Shown: in pieces, positions 27,719 through 38,441 of the stretch
Layout: every line of letters begins with the position of its first letter
Numbering within the stretch: position 1 is the first letter of the stretch
Translations under genes and position numbers: made by a program
Notes under the pieces: generated by a model
What the model was told of the DNA's origin: nothing
Seen by the model: only the letters and a program-made list of their open reading frames with translations
The model's database searches: none
From: Rhodothermales bacterium
Lineage (GTDB): Bacteria > Bacteroidota > Rhodothermia > Rhodothermales > Bin80
Reading direction: 5' to 3'
Assembly (NCBI GenBank): GCA_965200825.1
Contig: OZ241385.1
Location: forward strand, 1,134,980-1,198,979
DNA length: 64,000 bases

Positions 27719-28809
27719 GTAAACGGAGAGTATTGGACCTGTTAGCCTCTATGATTCAATTTCCTTCGTTGAGTGGCGAAGAGAGAGAAATCTGTTCCTA
27801 TATGCAGTCCTATGTCGAGGATGCAGGGATTGAGAATAAACGTATTGACAACAGCTTGTATTTCTGGTTGGGAAATGGCTCCAATCGACTACTCCTTGCA
27901 TCTCATCTTGATGTAGTACCTCCCTCTTCCGAGCATCCATACCTCCCTTTTGAAGCTACTCATATCAATGGAAAAATCTACGGCAGAGGTGCATCTGATG
28001 CAAAAGCATCAGGAGCTGCAATGACTTCGGCGCTTCTGGAGTTGGCAGACGAGAACTGGGTGCCGGACAATGGGCAATTGATCGTTGCTCTGACTGAATG
28101 CGAAGAGACCGACTACGAAAATAATGGTCTCCAAAAACTACTCCAAACGAGCTTGCCTCGTCCACAAGCTGCCCTAATTGGTGAGCCTACAAACCTGGTT
28201 CCTATTGTAGCTCAAAAAGGACTACTGGTTGTGCGACTTGATTCTACGGGGAAAAGTGCTCATGCAGCCCGTCATGCCCTAGGAGAAAATGCAATCCTAA
28301 AGGCGTCAGATGATATCCAACGTCTGCTGAACCTCAAATTTGATCGAACCCATCCCATCTTGGGCAAAGTCAGTGTGAACGTTACATCAATTCAGGGAGG
28401 GACCGCGAGAAATGTTATCCCTGATCATTGTATCATCTATCTTGATATTCGAAGCACACCATCCTATACACACGATGAGATAGTTGATACCATTCGGAAC
28501 ATTGTTGATTCCGAGGTATCTGTCCACAGTGGGCGAATTGTGCCTGTATCCACGGAAATTGATGAATGCATTGTACACGCATGTCTTGATGCAGCCCCCG
28601 GAACTCAGCCTGAAGGCTCTCCTACAGCAAGTGACTGGATCTATCTCAAGGGGATCCCGTCAGTGAAAATTGGCCCCGGTTCGAGTGAGTTATCTCACAC
28701 ATCAAACGAACATGTAGAGGAAAAAGAAGTCCTCTGGGCCGTTGATTTCTACAAAGCCGCAGTGAAAGGATATTTCAGTCGTACATCAGCGACTGAAAGT
28801 TCTTCGTGA
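27715..28809 (+). CDS. argE: M20-family deacylase (acetylornithine deacetylase-like)
   Basis: 364 aa with LLLASHLDVVP and YGRGASDAKAS metal/catalytic motifs. ATGA overlap with the argB stop. Confidence 0.7.
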   Translation: MSKRRVLDLLASMIQFPSLSGEEREICSYMQSYVEDAGIENKRIDNSLYFWLGNGSNRLLLASHLDVVPPSSEHPYLPFEATHINGKIYGRGASDAKASGAAMTSALLELADENWVPDNGQLIVALTECEETDYENNGLQKLLQTSLPRPQAALIGEPTNLVPIVAQKGLLVVRLDSTGKSAHAARHALGENAILKASDDIQRLLNLKFDRTHPILGKVSVNVTSIQGGTARNVIPDHCIIYLDIRSTPSYTHDEIVDTIRNIVDSEVSVHSGRIVPVSTEIDECIVHACLDAAPGTQPEGSPTASDWIYLKGIPSVKIGPGSSELSHTSNEHVEEKEVLWAVDFYKAAVKGYFSRTSATESSS

Positions 28810-28810
28810 T

Positions 28811-30412
28811 TCAGACGGCGACAGCTTGCCCAGGTTTCACAGTAGAGTGATTGCGTAAAAGGTAATATCGGACACCATCCGTCAATGCCTGCCAGCTGGC
28901 ATCTAGAATATTGGGAGAAACGCCAACTGTATGCCAAGTGTCTTCTCCCCTGGTATCATGATGCTCTATCAAAACCCGTACGGAAGCCGCTGTAGCTTTT
29001 TCAGGGGTGAGAACACGTACCTTATAGTCTGCAAGTCTCAAATTTTCCAAGTGTGGATAGAAATGATATAGTGCCTGATTTAGCGCACGTGATAATGCAT
29101 CAACTGGGCCAACTCCTTCCCCAACAGCAAGCTCTCGATGTTCTCCGACGAATACTGCAACTGTTGCTTCAGACCACTCCAGTCCCTTCTCATCTTGCTC
29201 GCTATGTACTCTCAAGCGATCCAATCTGAACATCTCGGTATCCTCTCCCTGTATCGTTCGGAGTAATAGTTCAAAAGATGCCTCAGCCCCCTGAAATTCA
29301 TAGCCAAGATGCTCTAGTTCTTTGATACGTTGCACGGCATTGCGTGCCTCCTCACGGCCGTTTAATGAAATTCCCAATTCTTGAGCCTTGTAGCGTACAT
29401 TTGATTGGCCTGATAAATCCGAGACCAGCACCCGCCTTTTATTTCCCACAATTTTAGGGTCCATGTGTTCATAAGCACATGGTTCTTTCATGACTGCAGA
29501 TACATGAATTCCTCCCTTATGTGCAAAGGCACTACGGCCAACAAATGGAGCTCGATCAATTGGTAGCATATTACAGATCTCATACACAAATTGACTGAGA
29601 TCCGAGAGAGTGGCCAACTGCTCTTCCGATACGCAACGATATCCAAGTTTATACTGTAGGCAGGCAATAGCAGTGCACAAATCCGCATTTCCTGTACGCT
29701 CACCAATTCCATTAATCGTGCCCTGAATATGGCGTGCGCCAGCTTCAACCGCCATGACTGTATTTGCAGTAGCAACGCCGCTGTCATTATGAGCATGAAT
29801 ACCGATTACATGATTTTCCATTACAGAACATACGGATTCTGTAATTTGTGCAATCTCCGACGGCATGGTACCTCCATTGGTGTCACACAACACTAAAACA
29901 TTCGCACCAGCCTCTGAGGCAGCTTGAAGAGTTTCTAATGCATAGTGAGCATCATCCTTGTACCCATCGAAAAAATGCTCTGCATCATAAATCACTCTGC
30001 GATGGCTCTCAACTAGCCATTGGATAGAATTGGCGATCATATCCAGATTTTCTTCCGATGTTACGTTAAGAGCTTTCTTGACATGCAAGAGCCAGCTTTT
30101 ACCGAATATTGAAACTGTATCTGTTTTCGCATTGAGCAATGCGAGCAAGTTTGGGTCTTGACTGGTGATGTTTTGTGCCCTACGTGTGGAACCGAATGCG
30201 CAGATACTTGCCTGTTGCCAGGTACTCTGATTAGCCCGCTCAAAAAATTCCTGATCCTTTGGATTTGATCCGGGCCATCCGCCCTCAATGATATCTATTC
30301 CGAAAGCATCCAGTTTATGTGCAATGCGAACCTTATCATTCACTGAGAGTGTTACATGCTCACCTTGGGTTCCATCACGAAGCGTGGTATCAAATAATTC
30401 AATCCGTTCCAT
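28811..30412 (-). CDS. cimA: Citramalate synthase (LeuA-family type 2)
   Basis: ERIELFDTTLRDGTQGEHVTLSVNDKVRIAHKLDAFGIDIIEGGWPGSNPKDQEFF matches the CimA-type N-terminus (GGWPGxNPKDxEFF). ATG 30412 overlaps the leuD TGA by 1 nt. The track start at 30415 is a TTG. Confidence 0.75.
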   Translation of the reverse strand: MERIELFDTTLRDGTQGEHVTLSVNDKVRIAHKLDAFGIDIIEGGWPGSNPKDQEFFERANQSTWQQASICAFGSTRRAQNITSQDPNLLALLNAKTDTVSIFGKSWLLHVKKALNVTSEENLDMIANSIQWLVESHRRVIYDAEHFFDGYKDDAHYALETLQAASEAGANVLVLCDTNGGTMPSEIAQITESVCSVMENHVIGIHAHNDSGVATANTVMAVEAGARHIQGTINGIGERTGNADLCTAIACLQYKLGYRCVSEEQLATLSDLSQFVYEICNMLPIDRAPFVGRSAFAHKGGIHVSAVMKEPCAYEHMDPKIVGNKRRVLVSDLSGQSNVRYKAQELGISLNGREEARNAVQRIKELEHLGYEFQGAEASFELLLRTIQGEDTEMFRLDRLRVHSEQDEKGLEWSEATVAVFVGEHRELAVGEGVGPVDALSRALNQALYHFYPHLENLRLADYKVRVLTPEKATAASVRVLIEHHDTRGEDTWHTVGVSPNILDASWQALTDGVRYYLLRNHSTVKPGQAVAV

Positions 30413-30978
30413 CAAGCCGGGTTGATTAGCCCGTTCTGTCTTGCATATTCAAAGACATTACCAGCATTTAAGATATCCGCTACATCTCCCAAGGGTTTAA
30501 GCAGGTATTCTTCTCCACTCGCGTGATTGGTTAGCTGCCCAAAACGGGTGTCAAGCTCTAGCTCATCTCCTGTGCGAATCTGATGATTGATTTTTTCGTG
30601 AGACTCAAAAGGAATTACAAATCCGCCGTCGATAGTGTTGCGGTAAAAAATTCTTGCATAACTCTCTGCTACAACAACTTTGGCGCCAGCTTCTGTGAGT
30701 GCAAATGGTGCATGCTCACGTGAAGATCCACATCCAAAATTAGATCCACCAATCACAAATGTATAGTCACTGAGATATTTATCCGGATCCGTGAAAGGGA
30801 TATGTCCATTTGGGAGTCCTTGTTGCTCAATGGGGACTCCACTCATGGCAAAACGTCCATACATGCGACGTTCATCGGGTTTATTGAGACTGTACACGAG
30901 GTGTTCTGCCGGAATAATCTGATCCGTATCAATAGCATCTCCAACCACATACGCTAACCCGCGAATAATAGATTTCAT
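30412..30978 (-). CDS. leuD: 3-isopropylmalate dehydratase small subunit
   Basis: 188-aa aconitase swivel domain (GSNFGCGSSREHAP). Confidence 0.85.
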   Translation of the reverse strand: MKSIIRGLAYVVGDAIDTDQIIPAEHLVYSLNKPDERRMYGRFAMSGVPIEQQGLPNGHIPFTDPDKYLSDYTFVIGGSNFGCGSSREHAPFALTEAGAKVVVAESYARIFYRNTIDGGFVIPFESHEKINHQIRTGDELELDTRFGQLTNHASGEEYLLKPLGDVADILNAGNVFEYARQNGLINPA

Positions 30979-30980
30979 AA

Positions 30981-32273
30981 TTAAACCAATACCTCCCTGG
31001 GGTCTGTAATCACACCACTCAATGCACTTGCTGCAACGGTCAGAGGCGATGCAAGATAGACCGAGGCTTGCTTTGAGCCCATACGTCCCGGAAAATTCCG
31101 ATTCGTTGTAGAAATGACAACCTCATCTCCCTGCATACGCCCAAACGTATCGGAAGGACCTCCCAGACAGGCCCCACAACTTGCTTGCCCCATTTTACAT
31201 CCTGCATTTTCAAACACATCCCATAGAGTGGTACCATCTATCGTATTCGCCTGGAGAGATTCACTGATTTCGGTAGTGGCGGGTACAATATAGGTATCAA
31301 TAACGACCTCCTGTCCCTTAATGATTTGAGCTGCAGCTTCAAAGTCTTCAAATTTTCCACCAGTGCAGCTGCCAATGTACGCTCGATCCAATCGGGTTCC
31401 TTCCACTTCCACGACACTCGCTCGGTTATCCGGTCGATGAGGTTTGGCAACAACGGGTTCCAAGGTAGAGACATCATAGCGGTATTCCGAGCGATATCGA
31501 GCAGTTTCATCACCATAGAGGCAGACAAAGTCATGATCTGTGCGGGCACGGACATATTCAGTGGTGATCTCGTCCGGTGCAATGATTCCATTCTTCCCGC
31601 CAGCTTCAATCGCCATGTTGGTGAGTGTCATTCGTTCTTGCATGGAAAGCGAGTAGACGGATTCCCCGTCAAATTCCATTGCACGATATGTTGCCCCGTC
31701 ACACCCAATATCTCCGATCACTGCTAAAATCAGATCTTTTGCCATCAGGTATGGTGGAAGAACTCCTTCAAAGATGAAGCGCATGGTTTCGGGGACGCGG
31801 AGCCAAATTTTCCCAGTTCCCATAATGAGAGCCGCATCGGTATTTCCCACACCAGTCGAGAACATACCAAAGGCGCCAGATGTGCAAGTATGACTATCGG
31901 TTCCAATCAACAATGAACCTGGCCGATTAAATCCTTCCTCGGCAAGAGCCATATGACAGACCCCCTTGTAGCGAGGAGATCCTACATCATAATAGTGAGG
32001 TAAATGATGCTCTTCCGCAAACGCTCTAAGCAAACGTACATTTCGGTTTGCATGATGATTTTGAGTGAAGATATAATGATCCGGCAGGATCACCAGTTTT
32101 TCCGCGTCCCAGACCTTGGCATCTTCACCAAATTCACGCTTGAAGATGTCGATGGTTGGCGGTCCGCATACATCGTGAGTCATCAGGATGTCAACCTCTA
32201 CCCAAACGCTCTCGCCTGGGACCACTCGATCACGATCGCAGTGGCGTGCAATAATTTTTTCTGTAATTGTCAT
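30981..32273 (-). CDS. leuC: 3-isopropylmalate dehydratase large subunit
   Basis: 430 aa with the aconitase-family motifs IGTDSHTCTSGAFG and IGSCTGGKFEDF. Confidence 0.85.
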   Translation of the reverse strand: MTITEKIIARHCDRDRVVPGESVWVEVDILMTHDVCGPPTIDIFKREFGEDAKVWDAEKLVILPDHYIFTQNHHANRNVRLLRAFAEEHHLPHYYDVGSPRYKGVCHMALAEEGFNRPGSLLIGTDSHTCTSGAFGMFSTGVGNTDAALIMGTGKIWLRVPETMRFIFEGVLPPYLMAKDLILAVIGDIGCDGATYRAMEFDGESVYSLSMQERMTLTNMAIEAGGKNGIIAPDEITTEYVRARTDHDFVCLYGDETARYRSEYRYDVSTLEPVVAKPHRPDNRASVVEVEGTRLDRAYIGSCTGGKFEDFEAAAQIIKGQEVVIDTYIVPATTEISESLQANTIDGTTLWDVFENAGCKMGQASCGACLGGPSDTFGRMQGDEVVISTTNRNFPGRMGSKQASVYLASPLTVAASALSGVITDPREVLV

Positions 32274-33889
32274 TGGTCTTGTCCTCCATCGCTTCCAAAT
32301 GATTGCATGATTCCATCAGACACAAATTCTTCTCCACTACTGGCTCTAAAAGCTTCCAGTTGATTCAATGCTTGAACATACGCATTAGCAGACGCCTGCA
32401 GAACATCGGTATGTCGAGCGATTCCCCGAAAGAGGGTTCCGTGTTCACTGATCAAAACCGTGACTTCTCCCATAGCATCCTTGCCTTCTCCCACGGATCG
32501 AATTGCATAAGATACCAAACCATGACGACTTCCTGCAGCCATATCAATAGCTTTATAGATTGCTGCAACAGGGCCATCTCCCTCAGCCGTTTTTCGGCAA
32601 GATGTATCAGAGGAGCTGTGATAGAGAAGCACTTCGGCGCGGGGCACCCTCCCTGTCCCACAATTCACTGATAAATGATTCAGACGGTAATGGGCAGTAG
32701 TTACGTCTCCCTTTTTGCCTTGTGCCAAGGCAATTAGATCTTCATCGAAAACCTCTTTTTTTCGATCCGCCAGGGATACGAATTCCTGATAGACTTGCTC
32801 TTTCCTCTCTGCACCGACAAGGATTCCCAGTTTTCCCAAGCGGCTAAAGAGTCCATGCCTGCCAGAATGGCGGCCAAGGCGAATTGCTTCAGGAGCCTGG
32901 CCGACATCTTCCGCTCGCATAATTTCATAGGTTTCACGGCTTTTCAGAACACCATGCTGATGAATTCCAGCCTCATGGCTGAATGCGTTTGAGCCAACTA
33001 CAGCTTTATTTGGGGGCACGGAAAATCCAGTGGCTGTAGATACCATTTTACTGGTGGAAGTCAGAAGTTGAGTTTCAATACCCGTTTTGGTACCAAAAAG
33101 CTGACTACGCACATGGAGGGCCATCACGATTTCTTCAAGAGAGGCGTTCCCTGCGCGCTCCCCAATCCCATTAATCGTGCACTCAACCTGCCTGGCACCA
33201 GCCAAAACTCCGGCTAGAGAGTTAGCAACGGCTAATCCCAGATCGTCGTGACAATGAACAGAAAGCACAACCTGATCGATATTCTTACATCGCTCACGTA
33301 CGGTTTTGAAGAGTGCGGCATACTCTCGAGGGATGCAATAGCCAGTCGTATCCGGGATATTGATCGTAGTTGCACCTGCCTGGATTGCTACGTCAATAAC
33401 ATTTACCAAAAAATCAATTCCGGTACGCCCTGCGTCCTCTGCACTAAATTCTACATCTTCTGTGATCGTACATGCTTGACGTACTGCTCGATCCACCATT
33501 TCCAGAACAAACTCGCGCTTATCCCCCAATGTGCGCCCATATCGGTCATCCGAAAATTTAGCAGCAAGATGAATATCACTGGTTCCTACAAACGTATGAA
33601 TTCGTGTTTTTTTTCCTGTCAGTAATGCTTCTGCTGCCGCATCAATATCTGCCTCAACAGTTCGTGCAAGAGCAGCCACAACTGGTCCGTCAACTTCCTG
33701 TGCAATCCGTTGGACTGCCTCAAACTGAGCAGGTGAAGAAACCGGAAACCCCGCTTCTATAATGTCTACTTTCAGTTTGGCAAGTTGATGAGCAATTCGG
33801 ATCTTCTCTCCAATATTCATTGAAGCGCCAGGGGCTTGCTCGCCATCTCTTAGCGTTGTTTCAAATATTAATACTTGATCAGCAACCAT
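32270..33889 (-). CDS. leuA: 2-isopropylmalate synthase
   Basis: 539 aa with [13 protein letters not shown] and [16 protein letters not shown], plus a C-terminal LeuA regulatory domain. ATGA overlap with leuC. Confidence 0.9.
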   Translation of the reverse strand: MVADQVLIFETTLRDGEQAPGASMNIGEKIRIAHQLAKLKVDIIEAGFPVSSPAQFEAVQRIAQEVDGPVVAALARTVEADIDAAAEALLTGKKTRIHTFVGTSDIHLAAKFSDDRYGRTLGDKREFVLEMVDRAVRQACTITEDVEFSAEDAGRTGIDFLVNVIDVAIQAGATTINIPDTTGYCIPREYAALFKTVRERCKNIDQVVLSVHCHDDLGLAVANSLAGVLAGARQVECTINGIGERAGNASLEEIVMALHVRSQLFGTKTGIETQLLTSTSKMVSTATGFSVPPNKAVVGSNAFSHEAGIHQHGVLKSRETYEIMRAEDVGQAPEAIRLGRHSGRHGLFSRLGKLGILVGAERKEQVYQEFVSLADRKKEVFDEDLIALAQGKKGDVTTAHYRLNHLSVNCGTGRVPRAEVLLYHSSSDTSCRKTAEGDGPVAAIYKAIDMAAGSRHGLVSYAIRSVGEGKDAMGEVTVLISEHGTLFRGIARHTDVLQASANAYVQALNQLEAFRASSGEEFVSDGIMQSFGSDGGQDQ

Positions 33890-33928
33890 CCTATGATTAC
33901 CCTTGTGGATTTCGATAATATAGCAGAA

Positions 33929-34999
33929 TTAAACAGCACTTGGCAAGAATTCAAACGCATGCCTAAGGACAGAATTCCCAAACTCTGTAGTTGAAGCAGT
34001 GCCACCAAGATCACGAGTAATTACCCCTGTATCAAGGGTTCTTACGACTCCATGTTTTATGCATGCACCAGCTTCTGTCTGCCCTAGCGTATCTAAAAGC
34101 ATCGTCGCACTGAGAATGGCACCTCCAGGGTTTGCATATCCTTTACCAACAATATCAGGAGCACTTCCATGGATAGGTTCAAATAATCCAATCTTCCCGC
34201 CCATACTTGCAGATGGCAAGATACCAAGAGAGCCAGGAAGTGTGCCTGCCAGATCGCTTAGTATATCACCAAACAGGTTACCTGTCAACAGTACGTCAAA
34301 CTGAGAAGGTCTCAGAATGAGCTGAATTGCTGCATTATCTATGTAGAGGTGCTCAAGTTCTACGTCAGAAAATTCTAGTTGATGAATTTCTGTCACGACA
34401 CTCCGCCAAAGCTGTGAAACCTCAAGTACATTTGCCTTATCTACGGAAGTCAGATGTCCTTTGCGCTGCCTTGCCAGATTGAATGCCAACCGTGCAATTC
34501 GCTCAATTTCCGAGCGAGAATAGGTCATCGTATTACTTGCAATCTCTTGAGTATTGCTCCGCGGGATCCCAAAGTAAATCCCCCCGGTCAGCTCACGTAC
34601 AATCAGTAGATCTGTATCAATAACACGGTCGGAGCGCAAAGGCGAACTGTTCACCAAACTGTGGGGCACAATAACAGGCCTCAGATTAGCAAATCCTCCC
34701 AAGGCCTTTCGCAGAGAGAGTAACGCAGCCTCACATCTGCGAGAACCTGTTTCATGATCCCATTTTGGGCCACCGAGTGCTCCCAGAAAAACTGCATCAG
34801 CCGCCAGACATGCATCACGTGTGGTATCTGGAAACGGGGTATCAAACTGATCAAGAGCTGTGCCACCAATGGGCCAATGTTCCAGATTCACCTCAAAATC
34901 AAAATTTTGGGCAGCTGCTAGAATCACTCGTTCGGCTTCCCGGGTAACCTCAGGACCGATACCGTCTCCAGGTAAAATAGCAATCTGGTAACAGGGCAT
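33929..34999 (-). CDS. leuB: 3-isopropylmalate dehydrogenase
   Basis: 356 aa with IAILPGDGIGPEV and NLFGDILSDLAG. The start directly abuts the ilvC stop. Confidence 0.9.
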   Translation of the reverse strand: MPCYQIAILPGDGIGPEVTREAERVILAAAQNFDFEVNLEHWPIGGTALDQFDTPFPDTTRDACLAADAVFLGALGGPKWDHETGSRRCEAALLSLRKALGGFANLRPVIVPHSLVNSSPLRSDRVIDTDLLIVRELTGGIYFGIPRSNTQEIASNTMTYSRSEIERIARLAFNLARQRKGHLTSVDKANVLEVSQLWRSVVTEIHQLEFSDVELEHLYIDNAAIQLILRPSQFDVLLTGNLFGDILSDLAGTLPGSLGILPSASMGGKIGLFEPIHGSAPDIVGKGYANPGGAILSATMLLDTLGQTEAGACIKHGVVRTLDTGVITRDLGGTASTTEFGNSVLRHAFEFLPSAV

Positions 35000-36007
35000 T
35001 TATGCAGTTGCAACAGTATCGTTACTCTTCTTGAGCCAAGACATCATTTTACGCAGTTTCTCCCCTACTTTCTCTACCGGATGAACAGTTGTCTTTTCTC
35101 GGTACGCCTTAAAGGTAGGCTGACCATCGTCACACTCGTTAATCCACTCGCGGGCAAATTGGCCGGATTGAATTTCGGCAAGTACCCGTTTCATCTCTTC
35201 TTTTACCTGAGGACCGATCACGCGAGGACCTCTGGAGTAATTTCCATATTCAGCTGTATCGCTGATTGAATAATTCATATAGGAGAGTCCTCCCTCATAG
35301 TAGAGATCCACGATGAGTTTCAGTTCATGAAGAACCTCAAAGTAGGCAAGTTCTTCCGGGTAACCGGCTTCAACGAGTGTTTCAAATCCCATCTGGATGA
35401 GAGCTTGGGATCCTCCACACAGAACAGCCTGCTCTCCGAAGAGATCGGTTTCTGTTTCGTCTTTGAAATTGGTCTCTATCACTCCTGCACGGGTTCCACC
35501 AATGGCATCGGCATAGCTCAATGCCAAATCTAATGCATGGCCAGTGGCATCTTGCGCTACGGCAACAAGGCAGGGGGTTCCTTTTCCTTCTTCAAATGTA
35601 CGTCGAACCAGATGGCCTGGACTTTTGGGAGCTACCATAAAGACATCCACTCCTTCGGGAGCCTGAATCTGACCATAATGTATATTGAAGCCATGACCAA
35701 ACGACAGGGCTTTTCCTGGCAATACATGTTCGGAGATCTCAGCCTCATAGACACGTTTCTGATCCTGGTCTGGGATTAGGATCATGATAACATCTCCCCA
35801 GGCGGCCGCATCTGCTACACTCATTACGGTGAGCCCTCTGGCACGAGCTTTATCGGAGGATTGCGAGTCATTCCGCAAACCAACTACAACCGTCGCACCA
35901 CTATCCCGAAGGTTTAGTGCATGAGCATGGCCTTGACTCCCATAACCAATCACAGCAACTTTCCGTTTTAATATAATTGATGGATCGGCGTTATAATGTA
36001 CTTTCAT
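35000..36007 (-). CDS. ilvC: Ketol-acid reductoisomerase
   Basis: 335 aa with [21 protein letters not shown]. Confidence 0.95.
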   Translation of the reverse strand: MKVHYNADPSIILKRKVAVIGYGSQGHAHALNLRDSGATVVVGLRNDSQSSDKARARGLTVMSVADAAAWGDVIMILIPDQDQKRVYEAEISEHVLPGKALSFGHGFNIHYGQIQAPEGVDVFMVAPKSPGHLVRRTFEEGKGTPCLVAVAQDATGHALDLALSYADAIGGTRAGVIETNFKDETETDLFGEQAVLCGGSQALIQMGFETLVEAGYPEELAYFEVLHELKLIVDLYYEGGLSYMNYSISDTAEYGNYSRGPRVIGPQVKEEMKRVLAEIQSGQFAREWINECDDGQPTFKAYREKTTVHPVEKVGEKLRKMMSWLKKSNDTVATA

Positions 36008-36039
36008 GTGCTGTCCGTAAGTATTGAAAATTTGTTCTG

Positions 36040-36606
36040 TTATGAATCCCGCTGCATTGCAACTCGTCCGCTCCGAGCGACCTCAACAATTGTGTGTGTA
36101 GCCATCATACCAATGAAGGCATCAATTTTCTTCGATGGCCCTCGAAGTTCAAAGGTCATTGTTTTTGCAGTAATATCTACGACCTTTCCTCCAAAAATAT
36201 CATTAATGTCAAGGATTTCAGAACGAGAATCTTGAGTATAGCAAACTTTTAGCAGGCATAACTCCCGCTCTACAAAATCTGTATCTGAGAGGTCGATGAC
36301 TTCAATTGTATCAACAAGGCGGCTGAGTTGGCGCAAAATCTGTGCGATAATGCGTCCGTTACCCATGGTAACGATATTCATCCGGCTGATGCTGGGATCT
36401 TCCGTAGCCCCAACAGTGACACTGTCTATATTGAAGCCTCGGGCCGAGAACATATTTATGACACGTACAAACGCACCGATAGTGTTCTCTACGAGAACCA
36501 CAATCGTGTGCGCTTGCGATATCTCATTATCATCCGGCTCAATTGGCTCACCTGCCGCCTTCTTCCGGATGATCTGTTGAGGCGTGAGCACCAGAGGTTC
36601 TGTCAT
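36040..36606 (-). CDS. ilvN: Acetolactate synthase small (regulatory) subunit
   Basis: 188 aa with ACT-domain [30 protein letters not shown]. Confidence 0.85.
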   Translation of the reverse strand: MTEPLVLTPQQIIRKKAAGEPIEPDDNEISQAHTIVVLVENTIGAFVRVINMFSARGFNIDSVTVGATEDPSISRMNIVTMGNGRIIAQILRQLSRLVDTIEVIDLSDTDFVERELCLLKVCYTQDSRSEILDINDIFGGKVVDITAKTMTFELRGPSKKIDAFIGMMATHTIVEVARSGRVAMQRDS

Positions 36607-36641
36607 CAGTTGATTCCTATAAGTGTGATAAGTGGATCAAA

Positions 36642-38441
36642 TTAGACAAAGGAGTTCGGGGTCATTCGATCTGTGATCATATCCCCGGTTGCTGCACCGG
36701 CGGGAACCATTGGGAACACCATCTCTTCTTTTGCCACACAAAATTCCATCAGCACTGGGCGATCTGTAATCTTCCACGCCTCGTCGATAATTTGTTTTGC
36801 CTCCTCCGGAGTACTCGCACGAAGTCCAACACAGTGATTCGCCTCTGCAAGTTTAACAAAATCAGGGTTGGTATCTGAAAGATCAGTATGACTGTATCGT
36901 TCCATATGGAAAAGTTCCTGCCATTGCCTTACCATTCCAAGGAACCGATTATTGATGACAGCCAATTTAAGGGGAAGCTTATGGGCAGCAGCCACACTCA
37001 TTTCCTGTGCATTCATTACAAAACCACCGTCACCACTGATGCATACAACGGGGCGAGAAGATTCCATCTCACGCATGCCAAATGCTGCTCCCATGGCGGC
37101 AGGCATTCCGAAACCCATTGTACCCAATCCACCACTGGTAATATGTGTGCGAGGATGCAGGAACCTGAAATACTGAGCTGACCACATCTGATGCTGCCCA
37201 ACATCGGTAATTACTACTGCATCTCCTCCTGTTTTATCCCGCAACTGCTCAATAACTCCTTGCGCGTGTAACTTGCCATCTTTTTGATACTGCAAAGGGC
37301 ATTCCTGCCGCCATTCATCTATTTCCGCGAGCCATTCACCGGTATCCTTTGGCTCCACTAATGGACGAAGTCTTTCAAGAACGGACTGCACATCTCCAAG
37401 AATGGCACAATCTGCAAACACATTTTTAGAGATACAAGATTGGTCAATTTCAATGTGAATGACCTTTGCATGCGGTGCCCATGAATCCAGCTTTCCTGTA
37501 ACACGATCATCAAACCGTGCTCCGACTGCAATAATTAGATCACAATGCTGAACAGCCTGATTTGCCCACCAAGTTCCATGCATTCCCAACATCCGCAGTG
37601 AAAGAGGGTCATCTTCCGGGAATGCCCCCAATCCATGCAAGGTAGTCGTTACCGGAATCCCGGTATACTTCGCCAGATTCGTTAAATGCTCTGAAGCATC
37701 TCGGCTGATGGCACCACCGCCCACATAAAGCAGTGGGCGTTTTGACTCAGCGATCATGCGTGCAGCGCGTTGTAATTTTTCTGGTCGCACGGCCGACGGG
37801 ATCGCATATCCCCGCATATTCACTGTATTGGGATATTGAAATGGCGCTTCCGCCAGAAGAACGTCTTTTGGGAGATCTACAAGAACGGGGCCCGGGCGAC
37901 CAGTTCTGGCGATATGGTAAGCTTCCTTAACGGTACGAGCCAAATCATTTACATCTCGTACCAAGTAGCTGTGTTTGGTGATCGAGCGCGTAATTCCAAC
38001 TGCATCACACTCTTGGAATGCATCATTTCCAATCAAACCGGTGGGAACCTGTCCGGTGAATACAACAATAGGTACGGAATCCATGTATGCATCGGCAATC
38101 CCTGTAACCGTATTGGTGGCACCAGGGCCACTGGTAACCAGTACAGTTCCGACCTTTCCTGTAGCCTTTGCATATCCTTCAGCGGCATGTGTTCCCCCCT
38201 GTTCGTGTCGAACGAGAACATGTTGGAATTTGGGGTTGATCCGATGCATCTCATCATAAACCTTAATAACAGCACCACCGGGGTGTCCAAAGATGATCTT
38301 CACTCCCTCGGCTTCAAGGGAGCGAAGAAGGATTTCAGCGCCAGACATCAACTGAGTCTTGGCCGTGATTTCTGGACGAACCTCTGGAAGAGAGTCACCG
38401 GTTGCAACAGGTTGTACTTTTGTATGTGTATCGTAAGTCAT
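36642..38441 (-). CDS. ilvB: Acetolactate synthase large subunit
   Basis: 599 aa. ThDP enzyme with ISGDGGFVMNAQEM (the GDG...N ThDP motif). Confidence 0.9.
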   Translation of the reverse strand: MTYDTHTKVQPVATGDSLPEVRPEITAKTQLMSGAEILLRSLEAEGVKIIFGHPGGAVIKVYDEMHRINPKFQHVLVRHEQGGTHAAEGYAKATGKVGTVLVTSGPGATNTVTGIADAYMDSVPIVVFTGQVPTGLIGNDAFQECDAVGITRSITKHSYLVRDVNDLARTVKEAYHIARTGRPGPVLVDLPKDVLLAEAPFQYPNTVNMRGYAIPSAVRPEKLQRAARMIAESKRPLLYVGGGAISRDASEHLTNLAKYTGIPVTTTLHGLGAFPEDDPLSLRMLGMHGTWWANQAVQHCDLIIAVGARFDDRVTGKLDSWAPHAKVIHIEIDQSCISKNVFADCAILGDVQSVLERLRPLVEPKDTGEWLAEIDEWRQECPLQYQKDGKLHAQGVIEQLRDKTGGDAVVITDVGQHQMWSAQYFRFLHPRTHITSGGLGTMGFGMPAAMGAAFGMREMESSRPVVCISGDGGFVMNAQEMSVAAAHKLPLKLAVINNRFLGMVRQWQELFHMERYSHTDLSDTNPDFVKLAEANHCVGLRASTPEEAKQIIDEAWKITDRPVLMEFCVAKEEMVFPMVPAGAATGDMITDRMTPNSFV

